Positions 12,701-27,700 of a DNA stretch of 64,000 bases are shown piece by piece. Source of the DNA: Botryllus schlosseri (Eukaryota); the NCBI GenBank assembly GCA_051294905.1, contig CM119381.1, forward strand, positions 11,222,001-11,286,000, written 5' to 3'. A model generated the notes under the pieces. That model did not search any database and was not told the DNA's origin. It saw only the letters and a list, made by a program, of their open reading frames with translations. The translations under genes were made by a program, and so were the position numbers. Each line of letters starts with the position of its first letter. Positions within the stretch are counted from its first letter, which is position 1.

Positions 12701-15700
12701 TACCGTCTTCTTTTTCGTCATCGATGATTATCTTTGTCTCTTCGTATGGTATTACTACCGCATTTGTAGGTTCTTTGAATACCAAATTGAACGATTCTGG
12801 ACCTTCTTTGATAGGATTCGAATCGTCGTTGACAATTGTAACAGTAAGAGGATATTTGTCTTGTCCTGCGGAAAACTCAATGACCTCATCGACTTTAACG
12901 TAGTCACTCGTCTCTGTGAGTATAACAACACTGGTTGTGGAAAAATGTGCATAAAGTGATTCAGTTTTCAGACCTGTAGCTTCTTTGGGATTTTCAGAAG
13001 GCATCGACTGGATTCGTACGCTAGTAGGCTTTGTCAAAGAACCTTTACGTAAGATGATCACATCGAAGGTACCAACATCTTCCAAGACCTCATATGTTTC
13101 TTCAGCGAATGAAATTGTCGGCGCTTGAATGAAAAGCACATCCAATTAGCGAGAGAACAATAAAGAGAGATTCTGTAAAACGTACTGTCGGACACATCAG
13201 GCTTCGCGGAATCCGTGATAACAATCTTTGCCTTTTCGGGCATTGTTACAGTGGCTTTGTCTGGATCGTACAAGACCAAATCAAAGCTTTCGGGCTCTTC
13301 TGTTAAGCTATCGTCTGTGACTTTAACTACAATAGGCTGTGTGGTCTCTCCTGGTTGGAATTCGACTGTTTCATCAACTTCTTCGAAATCTTGACCCTCT
13401 GCAAAATTGACCGAATGAAGTCAAATATTACTACCACAAAAGTCAATGCCTCTCAAACCTTTGGCTGCATTAGGTTCGTGCCTCGGTTGCGATTTGACCT
13501 TCACCGTTGCAGGCTTAGATGAATCACCTTCCCGAACGACAGTTACAACCAACTGACCAGTTTCTTCAGTGACGTCGTATTCAGGCGAGCTAAACTTTAC
13601 TTCTAAAAATCATCACAGTACATCAGCAGTTGTGAAAAACTAACGAAATCTAAATGCTTACTAGGCATGTTGTCCTCAACATAGTCGTTGGATGGTGTGG
13701 CTTTAGCTAAAAATAGAACACGCACAGTTATGGAGATTCAAGGACGAAATAACGAAAAAAGAGATGGGAATAAGGAAAATTGAACAACTAATTACCGTCT
13801 TCTTTTTCGTCATCGATGATTATCTTTGTCTCTTCGTATGGTATTACTACCGCATTTGTAGGTTCTTTGAATACCAAATTGAACGATTCTGGACCTTCTT
13901 TGATAGGATTCGAATCGTCGTTGACAATTGTAACAGTAAGAGGATATTTGTCTTGTGCTGCGGAAAACTCAATGACCTCATCGACTTTAACGTAGTCACT
14001 CGTCTCTGTGAGTATAACAACACTGGTTGTGGAAAAATGTGCATAAAGTGATTCAGTTTTCAGACCTGTAGCTTCTTTGGGATTTTCAGAAGGCATCGAC
14101 TGGATTCGTACGCTAGTAGGCTTTGTCAAAGAACCTTTACGTAAGATGATCACATCGAAGGTACCAACATCTTCCAAGACCTCATATGTTTCTTCAGCGA
14201 ATGAAATTGTCGGCGCTTGAATGAAAAGCACATCCAATTAGCGAGAGAACAATAAAGAGAGATTCTGTAAAACGTACTGTCGGACACATCAGGCTTCGCC
14301 GAATCCGTGATAACAATCTTTGCCTTTTCGGGCATTGTTACAGTGGCTTTGTCTGGATCGTACAAGACCAAATCAAAGCTTTCGGGCTCTTCTGTTAAGC
14401 TATCGTCTGTGACTTTAACTACAATAGGCTGTGTGGTCTCTCCTGGTTGGAATTCGACTGTCTCATCAACTTCTTCGAAATCTTGACCCTCTGCAAAATT
14501 GACCGAATGAAGTCAAATATTACTACCACAAAAGTCAATGCCTCTCAAACCTTTGGCTGCATTAGGTTCGTGCCTCGGTTGCGATTTGACCTTCACCGTT
14601 GCAGGCTTAGATGAATCACCTTCCCGAACGACAGTTACAACCAACTGACCAGTTTCTTCAGTGACGTCGTATTCAGGCGAGCTAAACTTTACTTCTAAAA
14701 ATCATCACAGTACATCAGCAGTTGTGAAAAACTAACGAAATCTAAATGCTTACTAGGCATGTTGTCCTCAACATAGTCGTTGGATGGTGTGGCTTTAGCT
14801 AAAAGTAGAACACGCACAGTTATGGAGATTCAAGGACGAAATAACGAAAAAAGAGATGGGAATAAGGAAAATTGAACAACTAATTACCGTCTTCTTTTTC
14901 GTCATCGATGATTATCTTTGTCTCTTCGTATGGTATTACTACCGCATTTGTAGGTTCTTTGAATACCAAATTGAACGATTCTGGACCTTCTTTGATAGGA
15001 TTCGAATCGTCGTTGACAATTGTAACAGTAAGAGGATATTTGTCTTGTCCTGCGGAAAACTCAATGACCTCATCGACTTTAACGTAGTCACTCGTCTCTG
15101 TGAGTATAACAACACTGGTTGTGGAAAAATGTGCATAAAGTGATTCAGTTTTCAGACCTGTAGCTTCTTTGGGATTTTCAGAAGGCATCGACTGGATTCG
15201 TACGCTAGTAGGCTTTGTCAAAGAACCTTTACGTAAGATGATCACATCGAAGGTACCAACATCTTCCAAGACCTCATATGTTTCTTCAGCGAATGAAATT
15301 GTCGGCGCTTGAATGAAAAGCACATCCAATTAGCGAGAGAACAATAAAGAGAGATTCTGTAAAACGTACTGTCGGACACATCAGGCTTCGCGGAATCCGT
15401 GATAACAATCTTTGCCTTTTCGGGCATTGTTACAGTGGCTTTGTTTGGATCGTACAAGACCAAATCAAAGCTTTCGGGCTCTTCTGTTAAGCTATCGTCT
15501 GTGACTTTAACTACAATAGGCTGTGTGGTCTCTTCTGGTTGGAATTCGACTGTCTCATCAACTTCTTCGAAATCTTGACCCTCTGCAAAATTGACCGAAT
15601 GAAGTCAAATATTACTACCACAAAAGTCAATGCCTCTCAAACCTTTGGCTGCATTAGGTTCGTGCCTCGGTTGCGATTTGACCTTCACCGTTGCAGGCTT

Positions 15701-18700
15701 AGATGAATCACCTTCCCGAACGACAGTTACAACCAACTGACCAGTTTCTTCTGCGACGTCGTATTCAGGCGAGCTAAACTTTACTTCTAAAAATCATCAC
15801 AGTACATCAGCAGTTGTGAAAAACTAACGAAATCTAAATGCTTACTAGGCATGTTGTCCTCAACATAGTCGTTGGATGGTGTGGCTTTAGCTAAAAGTAG
15901 AACACGCACAGTTATGGAGATTCAAGGACGAAATAACGAAAAAAGAGATGGGAATAAGGAAAATTGAACAACTAATTACCGTCTTCTTTTTCGTCATCGA
16001 TGATTATCTTTGTCTCTTCGTATGGTATTACTACCGCATTTGTAGGTTCTTTGAATACCAAATTGAACGATTCTGGACCTTCTTTGATAGGATTCGAATC
16101 GTCGTTGACAATTGTAACAGTAAGAGGATATTTGTCTTGTCCTGCGGAAAACTCAATGACCTCATCGACTTTAACGTAGTCACTCGTCTCTGTGAGTATA
16201 ACAACACTGGTTGTGGAAAAATGTGCATAAAGTGATTCAGTTTTCAGACCTGTAGCTTCTTTGGGATTTTCAGAAGGCATCGACTGGATTCGTACGCTAG
16301 TAGGCTTTGTCAAAGAACCTTTACGTAAGATGATCACATCGAAGGTACCAACATCTTCCAAGACCTCATATGTTTCTTCAGCGAATGAAATTGTCGGCGC
16401 TTGAATGAAAAGCACATCCAATTAGCGAGAGAACAATAAAGAGAGATTCTGTAAAACGTACTGTCGGACACATCAGGCTTCGCGGAATCCGTGATAACAA
16501 TCTTTGCCTTTTCGGGCATTGTTACAGTGGCTTTGTCTGGATCGTACAAGACCAAATCAAAGCTTTCGGGCTCTTCTGTTAAGCTATCGTCTGTGACTTT
16601 AACTACAATAGGCTGTGTGGTCTCTTCTGGTTTGAATTCGACTGTCTCATCAACTTCTTCGAAATCTTGACCCTCTGCAAAATTGACCGAATGAAGTCAA
16701 ATATTACTACCACAAAAGTCAATGCCTCTCAAACCTTTGGCTGCATTAGGTTCGTGCCTCGGTTGCGATTTGACCTTCACCGTTGCAGGCTTAGATGAAT
16801 CACCTTCCCGAACGACAGTTACAACCAACTGACCAGTTTCTTCAGCGACGTCGTATTCAGGCGAGCTAAACTTTACTTCTAAAAATCATCACAGTACATC
16901 AGCAGTTGTGAAAAACTAACGAAATCTAAATGCTTACTAGGCATGTTGTCCTCAACATAGTCCTTGGATGGTGTGGCTTTAGCTAAAAGTAGAACACGCA
17001 CAGTTATGGAGATTCAAGGACGAAATAACGAAAAAAGAGATGGGAATAAGGAAAATTGAACAACTAATTACCGTCTTCTTTTTCGTCATCGATGATTATC
17101 TTTGTCTCTTCGTATGGTATTACTACCGCATTTGTAGGTTCTTTGAATACCAAATTGAACGATTCTGGACCTTCTTTGATAGGATTCGAATCGTCGTTGA
17201 CAATTGTAACAGTAAGAGGATATTTGTCTTGTCCTGCGGAAAACTCAATGACCTCATCGACTTTAACGTAGTCACTCGTCTCTGTGAGTATAACAACACT
17301 GGTTGTGGAAAAATGTGCATAAAGTGATTCAGTTTTCAGACCTGTAGCTTCTTTGGGATTTTCAGAAGGCATCGACTGGATTCGTACGCTAGTAGGCTTT
17401 GTCAAAGAACCTTTACGTAAGATGATCACATCGAAGGTACCAACATCTTCCAAGACCTCATATGTTTCTTCAGCGAATGAAATTGTCGGCGCTTGAATGA
17501 AAAGCACATCCAATTAGCGAGAGAACAATAAAGAGAGATTCTGTAAAACGTACTGTCGGACACATCAGGCTTCGCGGAATCCGTGATAACAATCTTTGCC
17601 TTTTCGGGCATTGTTACAGTGGCTTTGTCTGGATCGTACAAGACCAAATCAAAGCTTTCGGGCTCTTCTGTTAAGCTATCGTCTGTGACTTTAACTACAA
17701 TAGGCTGTGTGGTCTCTCCTGGTTGGAATTCGACTGTTTCATCAACTTCTTCGAAATCTTGACCCTCTGCAAAATTGACCGAATGAAGTCAAATATTACT
17801 ACCACAAAAGTCAATGCCTCTCAAACCTTTGGCTGCATTAGGTTCGTGCCTCGGTTGCGATTTGACCTTCACCGTTGCAGGCTTAGATGAATCACCTTCC
17901 CGAACGACAGTTACAACCAACTGACCAGTTTCTTCAGTGACGTCGTATTCAGGCGAGCTAAACTTTACTTCTAAAAATCATCACAGTACATCAGCAGTTG
18001 TGAAAAACTAACGAAATCTAAATGCTTACTAGGCATGTTGTCCTCAACATAGTCGTTGGATGGTGTGGCTTTAGCTAAAAGTAGAACACGCACAGTTATG
18101 GAGATTCAAGGACGAAATAACGAAAAAAGAGATGGGAATAAGGAAAATTGAACAACTAATTACCGTCTTCTTTTTCGTCATCGATGATTATCTTTGTCTC
18201 TTCGTATGGTATTACTACCGCATTTGTAGGTTCTTTGAATACCAAATTGAACGATTCTGGACCTTCTTTGATAGGATTCGAATCGTCGTTGACAATTGTA
18301 ACAGTAAGAGGATATTTGTCTTGTGCTGCGGAAAACTCAATGACCTCATCGACTTTAACGTAGTCACTCGTCTCTGTGAGTATAACAACACTGGTTGTGG
18401 AAAAATGTGCATAAAGTGATTCAGTTTTCAGACCTGTAGCTACTTTGGGATTTTCAGAAGGCATCGACTGGATTCGTACGCTAGTAGGCTTTGTCAAAAA
18501 ACCTTTACGTAAGATGATCACATCGAAGGTACCAACATCTTCCAAGACCTCATATGTTTCTTCAGCGAATGAAATTGTCGGCGCTTGAATGAAAAGCACA
18601 TCCAATTAGCGAGAGAACAATAAAGAGAGATTCTGTAAAACGTACTGTCGGACACATCAGGCTTCGCCGAATCCGTGATAACAATCTTTGCCTTTTCGGG

Positions 18701-21700
18701 CATTGTTACAGTGGCTTTGTCTGGATCGTACAAGACCAAATCAAAGCTTTCGGGCTCTTCAGTTAAGCTATCGTCTGTGACTTTAACTACAATAGGCTGT
18801 GTGGTCTCTCCTGGTTGGAATTCGACTGTCTCATCAACTTCTTCGAAATCTTGACCCTCTGCAAAATTGACCGAATGAAGTCAAATATTACTACCACAAA
18901 AGTCAATGCCTCTCAAACCTTTGGCTGCATTAGGTTCGTGCCTCGGTTGCGATTTGACCTTCACCGTTGCAGGCTTAGATGAATCACCTTCCCGAACGAC
19001 AGTTACAACCAACTGACCAGTTTCTTCAGTGACGTCGTATTCAGGCGAGCTAAACTTTACTTCTAAAAATCATCACAGTACATCAGCAGTTGTGAAAAAC
19101 TAACGAAATCTAAATGCTTACTAGGCATGTTGTCCTCAACATAGTCGTTGGATGGTGTGGCTTTAGCTAAAAGTAGAACACGCACAGTTATGGAGATTCA
19201 AGGACGAAATAACGAAAAAAGAGATGGGAATAAGGAAAATTGAACAACTAATTACCGTCTTCTTTTTCGTCATCGATGATTATCTTTGTCTCTTCGTATG
19301 GTATTACTACCGCATTTGTAGGTTCTTTGAATACCAAATTGAACGATTCTGGACCTTCTTTGATAGGATTCGAATCGTCGTTGACAATTGTAACAGTAAG
19401 AGGATATTTGTCTTGTCCTGCGGAAAACTCAATGACCTCATCGACTTTAACGTAGTCACTCGTCTCTGTGAGTATAACAACACTGGTTGTGGAAAAATGT
19501 GCATAAAGTGATTCAGTTTTCAGACCTGTAGCTTCTTTGGGATTTTCAGAAGGCATCGACTGGATTCGTACGCTAGTAGGCTTTGTCAAAGAACCTTTAC
19601 GTAAGATGATCACATCGAAGGTACCAACATCTTCCAAGACCTCATATGTTTCTTCAGCGAATGAAATTGTCGGCGCTTGAATGAAAAGCACATCCAATTA
19701 GCGAGAGAACAATAAAGAGAGATTCTGTAAAACGTACTGTCGGACACATCAGGCTTCGCGGAATCCGTGATACCAATCTTTGCCTTTTCGGGCATTGTTA
19801 CAGTGGCTTTGTCTGGATCGTACAAGACCAAATCAAAGCTTTCGGGCTCTTCTGTTAAGCTATCGTCTGTGACTTTAACTACAATAGGCTGTGTGGTCTC
19901 TCCTGGTTGGAATTCGACTGTCTCATCAACTTCTTCGAAATCTTGACCCTCTGCAAAATTGACCGAATGAAGTCAAATATTACTACCACAAAAGTCAATG
20001 CCTCTCAAACCTTTGGCTGCATTAGGTTCGTGCCTCGGTTGCGATTTGACCTTCACCGTTGCAGGCTTAGATGAATCACCTTCCCGAACGACAGTTACAA
20101 CCAACTGACCAGTTTCTTCAGTGACGTCGTATTCAGGCGAGCTAAACTTTACTTCTAAAAATCATCACAGTACATCAGCAGTTGTGAAAAACTAACGAAA
20201 TCTAAATGCTTACTAGGCATGTTGTCCTCAACATAGTCGTTGGATGGTGTGGCTTTAGCTAAAAGTAGAACACGCACAGTTATGGAGATTCAAGGACGAA
20301 ATAACGAAAAAAGAGATGGGAATAAGGAAAATTGAACAACTAATTACCGTCTTCTTTTTCGTCATCGATGATTATCTTTGTCTCTTCGTATGGTATTACT
20401 ACCGCATTTGTAGGTTCTTTGAATACCAAATTGAACGATTCTGGACCTTCTTTGATAGGATTCGAATCGTCGTTGACAATTGTAACAGTAAGAGGATATT
20501 TGTCTTGTCCTGCGGAAAACTCAATGACCTCATCGACTTTAACGTAGTCACTCGTCTCTGTGAGTATAACAACACTGGTTGTGGAAAAATGTGCATAAAG
20601 TGATTCAGTTTTCAGACCTGTAGCTTCTTTGGGATTTTCAGAAGGCATCGACTGGATTCGTACGCTAGTAGGCTTTGTCAAAGAACCTTTACGTAAGATG
20701 ATCACATCGAAGGTACCAACATCTTCCAAGACCTCATATGTTTCTTCAGCGAATGAAATTGTCGGCGCTTGAATGAAAAGCACATCCAATTAGCGAGAGA
20801 ACAATAAAGAGAGATTCTGTAAAACGTACTGTCGGACACATCAGGCTTCGCGGAATCCGTGATAACAATCTTTGCCTTTTCGGGCATTGTTACAGTGGCT
20901 TTGTCTGGATCGTACAAGACCAAATCAAAGCTTTCGGGCTCTTCTGTTAAGCTATCGTCTGTGACTTTAACTACAATAGGCTGTGTGGTCTCTCCTGGTT
21001 GGAATTCGACTGTCTCATCAACTTCTTCGAAATCTTGACCCTCTGCAAAATTGACCGAATGAAGTCAAATATTACTACCACAAAAGTCAATGCCTCTCAA
21101 ACCTTTGGCTGCATTAGGTTCGTGCCTCGGTTGCAATTTGACCTTCACCGTTGCAGGCTTAGATGAATCACCTTCCCGAACGACAGTTACAACCAACTGA
21201 CCAGTTTCTTCAGTGACGTCGTATTCAGGCGAGCTAAACTTTACTTCTAAAAATCATCACAGTACATCAGCAGTTGTGAAAAACTAACGAAATCTAAATG
21301 CTTACTAGGCATGTTGTCCTCAACATAGTCGTTGGATGGTGTGGCTTTAGCTAAAAGTAGAACACGCACAGTTATGGAGATTCAAGGACGAAATAACGAA
21401 AAAAGAGATGGGAATAAGGAAAATTGAACAACTAATTACCGTCTTCTTTTTCGTCATCGATGATTATCTTTGTCTCTTCGTATGGTATTACTACCGCATT
21501 TGTAGGTTCTTTGAATACCAAATTGAACGATTCTGGACCTTCTTTGATAGGATTCGAATCGTCGTTGACAATTGTAACAGTAAGAGGATATTTGTCTTGT
21601 CCTGCGGAAAACTCAATGACCTCATCGACTTTAACGTAGTCACTCGTCTCTGTGAGTATAACAACACTGGTTGTGGAAAAATGTGCATAAAGTGATTCAG

Positions 21701-24700
21701 TTTTCAGACCTGTAGCTTCTTTGGGATTTTCAGAAGGCATCGACTGGATTCGTACGCTAGTAGGCTTTGTCAAAGAACCTTTACGTAAGATGATCACATC
21801 GAAGGTACCAACATCTTCCAAGACCTCATATGTTTCTTCAGCGAATGAAATTGTCGGCGCTTGAATGAAAAGCACATCCAATTAGCGAGAGAACAATAAA
21901 GAGAGATTCTGTAAAACGTACTGTCGGACACATCAGGCTTCGCGGAATCCGTGATAACAATCTTTGCCTTTTCGGGCATTGTTACAGTGGCTTTGTCTGG
22001 ATCGTACAAGACCAAATCAAAGCTTTCGGGCTCTTCTGTTAAGCTATCGTCTGTGACTTTAACTACAATAGGCTGTGTGGTCTCTCCTGGTTGGAATTCG
22101 ACTGTCTCATCAACTTCTTCGAAATCTTGACCCTCTGCAAAATTGACCGAATGAAGTCAAATATTACTACCACAAAAGTCAATGCCTCTCAAACCTTTGG
22201 CTGCATTAGGTTCGTGCCTCGGTTGCGATTTGACCTTCACCGTTGCAGGCTTAGATGAATCACCTTCCCGAACGACAGTTACAACCAACTGACCAGTTTC
22301 TTCAGTGACGTCGTATTCAGGCGAGCTAAACTTTACTTCTAAAAATCATCACAGTACATCAGCAGTTGTGAAAAACTAACGAAATCTAAATGCTTACTAG
22401 GCATGTTGTCCTCAACATAGTCGTTGGATGGTGTGGCTTTAGCTAAAAGTAGAACACGCACAGTTATGGAGATTCAAGGACGAAATAACGAAAAAAGAGA
22501 TGGGAATAAGGAAAATTGAACAACTAATTACCGTCTTCTTTTTCGTCATCGATGATTATCTTTGTCTCTTCGTATGGTATTACTACCGCATTTGTAGGTT
22601 CTTTGAATACCAAATTGAACGATTCTGGACCTTCTTTGATAGGATTCGAATCGTCGTTGACAATTGTAACAGTAAGAGGATATTTGTCTTGTGCTGCGGA
22701 AAACTCAATGACCTCATCGACTTTAACGTAGTCACTCGTCTCTGTGAGTATAACAACACTGGTTGTGGAAAAATGTGCATAAAGTGATTCAGTTTTCAGA
22801 CCTGTAGCTTCTTTGGGATTTTCAGAAGGCATCGACTGGATTCGTACGCTAGTAGGCTTTGTCAAAGAACCTTTACGTAAGATGATCACATCGAAGGTAC
22901 CAACATCTTCCAAGACCTCATATGTTTCTTCAGCGAATGAAATTGTCGGCGCTTAAATGAAAAGCACATCCAATTAGCGAGAGAACAATAAAGAGAGATT
23001 CTGTAAAACGTACTGTCGGACACATCAGGCTTCGCCGAATCCGTGATAACAATCTTTGCCTTTTCGGGCATTGTTACAGTGGCTTTGTCTGGATCGTACA
23101 AGACCAAATCAAAGCTTTCGGGCTCTTCTGTTAAGCTATCGTCTGTGACTTTAACTACAATAGGCTGTGTGGTCTCTCCTGGTTGGAATTCGACTGTCTC
23201 ATCAACTTCTTCGAAATCTTGACCCTCTGCAAAATTGACCGAATGAAGTCAAATATTACTACCACAAAAGTCAATGCCTCTCAAACCTTTGGCTGCATTA
23301 GGTTCGTGCCTCGGTTGCGATTTGACCTTCACCGTTGCAGGCTTAGATGAATCACCTTCCCGAACGACAGTTACAACCAACTGACCAGTTTCTTCAGTGA
23401 CGTCGTATTCAGGCGAGCTAAACTTTACTTCTAAAAATCATCACAGTACATCAGCAGTTGTGAAAAACTAACGAAATCTAAATGCTTACTAGGCATGTTG
23501 TCCTCAACATAGTCGTTGGATGGTGTGGCTTTAGCTAAAAGTAGAACACGCACAGTTATGGAGATTCAAGGACGAAATAACGAAAAAAGAGATGGGAATA
23601 AGGAAAATTGAACAACTAATTACCGTCTTCTTTTTCGTCATCGATGATTATCTTTGTCTCTTCGTATGGTATTACTACCGCATTTGTAGGTTCTTTGAAT
23701 ACCAAATTGAACGATTCTGGACCTTCTTTGATAGGATTCGAATCGTCGTTGACAATTGTAACAGTAAGAGGATATTTGTCTTGTCCTGCGGAAAACTCAA
23801 TGACCTCATCGACTTTAACGTAGTCACTCGTCTCTGTGAGTATAACAACACTGGTTGTGGAAAAATGTGCATAAAGTGATTCAGTTTTCAGACCTGTAGC
23901 TTCTTTGGGATTTTCAGAAGGCATCGACTGGATTCGTACGCTAGTAGGCTTTGTCAAAGAACCTCTACGTAAGATGATCACATCGAAGGTACCAACATCT
24001 TCCAAGACCTCATATGTTTCTTCAGCGAATGAAATTGTCGGCGCTTGAATGAAAAGCACATCCAATTAGCGAGAGAACAATAAAGAGAGATTCTGTAAAA
24101 CGTACTGTCGGACACATCAGGCTTCGCGGAATCCGTGATAACAATCTTTGCCTTTTCGGGCATTGTTACAGTGGCTTTGTCTGGATCGTACAAGACCAAA
24201 TCAAAGCTTTCGGGCTCTTCTGTTAAGCTATCGTCTGTGACTTTAACTACAATAGGCTGTGTGGTCTCTTCTGGTTGGAATTCGACTGTCTCATCAACTT
24301 CTTCGAAATCTTGACCCTCTGCAAAATTGACCGAATGAAGTCAAATATTACTACCACAAAAGTCAATGCCTCTCAAACCTTTGGCTGCATTAGGTTCGTG
24401 CCTCGGTTGCGATTTGACCTTCACCGTTGCAGGCTTAGATGAATCACCTTCCCGAACGACAGTTACAACCAACTGACCAGTTTCTTCAGCGACGTCGTAT
24501 TCAGGCGAGCTAAACTTTACTTCTAAAAATCATCACAGTACATCAGCAGTTGTGAAAAACTAACGAAATCTAAATGCTTACTAGGCATGTTGTCCTCAAC
24601 ATAGTCGTTGGATGGTGTGGCTTTAGCTAAAAGTAGAACACGCACAGTTATGGAGATTCAAGGACGAAATAACGAAAAAAGAGATGGGAAAAAGGAAAAT

Positions 24701-27700
24701 TGAACAACTAATTACCGTCTTCTTTTTCGTCATCGATGATTATCTTTGTCTCTTCGTATGGTATTACTACCGCATTTGTAGGTTCTTTGAATACCAAATT
24801 GAACGATTCTGGACCTTCTTTGATAGGATTCGAATCGTCGTTGACAATTGTAACAGTAAGAGGATATTTGTCTTGTGCTGCGGAAAACTCAATGACCTCA
24901 TCGACTTTAACGTAGTCACTCGTCTCTGTGAGTATAACAACACTGGTTGTGGAAAAATGTGCATAAAGTGATTCAGTTTTCAGACCTGTAGCTTCTTTGG
25001 GATTTTCAGAAGGCATCGACTGGATTCGTACGCTAGTAGGCTTTGTCAAAGAACCTTTACGTAAGATGATCACATCGAAGGTACCAACATCTTCCAAGAC
25101 CTCATATGTTTCTTCAGCGAATGAAATTGTCGGCGCTTGAATGAAAAGCACATCCAATTAGCGAGAGAACAATAAAGAGAGATTCTGTAAAACGTACTGT
25201 CGGACACATCAGGCTTCGCCGAATCCGTGATAACAATCTTTGCCTTTTCGGGCATTGTTACAGTGGCTTTGTCTGGATCGTACAAGACCAAATCAAAGCT
25301 TTCGGGCTCTTCTGTTAAGCTATCGTCTGTGACTTTAACTACAATAGGCTGTGTGGTCTCTCCTGGTTGGAATTCGACTGTCTCATCAACTTCTTCGAAA
25401 TCTTGACCCTCTGCAAAATTGACCGAATGAAGTCAAATATTACTACCACAAAAGTCAATGCCTCTCAAACCTTTGGCTGCATTAGGTTCGTGCCTCGGTT
25501 GCGATTTGACCTTCACCGTTGCAGGCTTAGATGAATCACCTTCCCGAACGACAGTTACAACCAACTGACCATTTTCTTCAGTGACGTCGTATTCAGGCGA
25601 GCTAAACTTTACTTCTAAAAATCATCACAGTACATCAGCAGTTGTGAAAAACTAACGAAATCTAAATGCTTACTAGGCATGTTGTCCTCAACATAGTCGT
25701 TGGATGGTGTGGCTTTAGCTAAAAGTAGAACACGCACAGTTATGGAGATTCAAGGACGAAATAACGAAAAAAGAGATGGGAATAAGGAAAATTGAACAAC
25801 TAATTACCGTCTTCTTTTTCGTCATCGATGATTATCTTTGTCTCTTCGTATGGTATTACTACCGCATTTGTAGGTTCTTTGAATACCAAATTGAACGATT
25901 CTGGACCTTCTTTGATAGGATTCGAATCGTCGTTGACAATTGTAACAGTAAGAGGATATTTGTCTTGTCCTGCGGAAAACTCAATGACCTCATCGACTTT
26001 AACGTAGTCACTCGTCTCTGTGAGTATAACAACACTGGTTGTGGAAAAATGTGCATAAAGTGATTCAGTTTTCAGACCTGTAGCTTCTTTGGGATTTTCA
26101 GAAGGCATCGACTGGATTCGTACGCTAGTAGGCTTTGTCAAAGAACCTTTACGTAAGATGATCACATCGAAGGTACCAACATCTTCCAAGACCTCATATG
26201 TTTCTTCAGCGAATGAAATTGTCGGCGCTTGAATGAAAAGCACATCCAATTAGCGAGAGAACAATAAAGAGAGATTCTGTAAAACGTACTGTCGGACACA
26301 TCAGGCTTCGCGGAATCCGTGATAACAATCTTTGCCTTTTCGGGCATTGTTACAGTGCCTTTGTCTGGATCGTACAAGACCAAATCAAAGCTTTCGGGCT
26401 CTTCTGTTAAGCTATCGTCTGTGACTTTAACTACAATAGGCTGTGTGGTCTCTCCTGGTTGGAATTCGACTGTCTCATCAACTTCTTCGAAATCTTGACC
26501 CTCTGCAAAATTGACCGAATGAAGTCAAATATTACTACCACAAAAGTCAATGCCTCTCAAACCTTTGGCTGCATTAGGTTCGTGCCTCGGTTGCGATTTG
26601 ACCTTCACCGTTGCAGGCTTAGATGAATCACCTTCCCGAACGACAGTTACAACCAACTGACCAGTTTCTTCAGTGACGTCGTATTCAGGCGAGCTAAACT
26701 TTACTTCTAAAAATCATCACAGTACATCAGCAGTTGTGAAAAACTAACGAAATCTAAATGCTTACTAGGCATGTTGTCCTCAACATAGTCGTTGGATGGT
26801 GTGGCTTTAGCTAAAAGTAGAACACGCACAGTTATGGAGATTCAAGGACGAAATAACGAAAAAAGAGATGGGAATAAGGAAACTTGAACAACTAATTACC
26901 GTCTTCTTTTTCGTCATCGATGATTATCTTTGTCTCTTCGTATGGTATTACTACCGCATTTGTAGGTTCTTTGAATACCAAATTGAACGATTCTGGACCT
27001 TCTTTGATAGGATTCGAATCGTCGTTGACAATTGTAACAGTAAGAGGATATTTGTCTTGTGCTGCGGAAAACTCAATGACCTCATCGACTTTAACGTAGT
27101 CACTCGTCTCTGTGAGTATAACAACACTGGTTGTGGAAAAATGTGCATAAAGTGATTCAGTTTTCAGACCTGTAGCTTCTTTGGGATTTTCAGAAGGCAT
27201 CGACTGGATTCGTACGCTAGTAGGCTTTGTCAAAGAACCTTTACGTAAGATGATCACATCGAAGGTACCAACATCTTCCAAGACCTCATATGTTTCTTCA
27301 GCGAATGAAATTGTCGGCGCTTGAATGAAAAGCACATCCAATTAGCGAGAGAACAATAAAGAGAGATTCTGTAAAACGTACTGTCGGACACATCAGGCTT
27401 CGCCGAATCCGTGATAACAATCTTTGCCTTTTCGGGCATTGTTACAGTGGCTTTGTCTGGATCGTACAAGACCAAATCAAAGCTTTCGGGCTCTTCTGTT
27501 AAGCTATCGTCTGTGACTTTAACTACAATAGGCTGTGTGGTCTCTCCTGGTTGGAATTCGACTGTCTCATCAACTTCTTCGAAATCTTGACCCTCTGCAA
27601 AATTGACCGAATGAAGTCAAATATTACTACCACAAAAGTCAATGCCTCTCAAACCTTTGGCTGCATTAGGTTCGTGCCTCGGTTGCGATTTGACCTTCAC

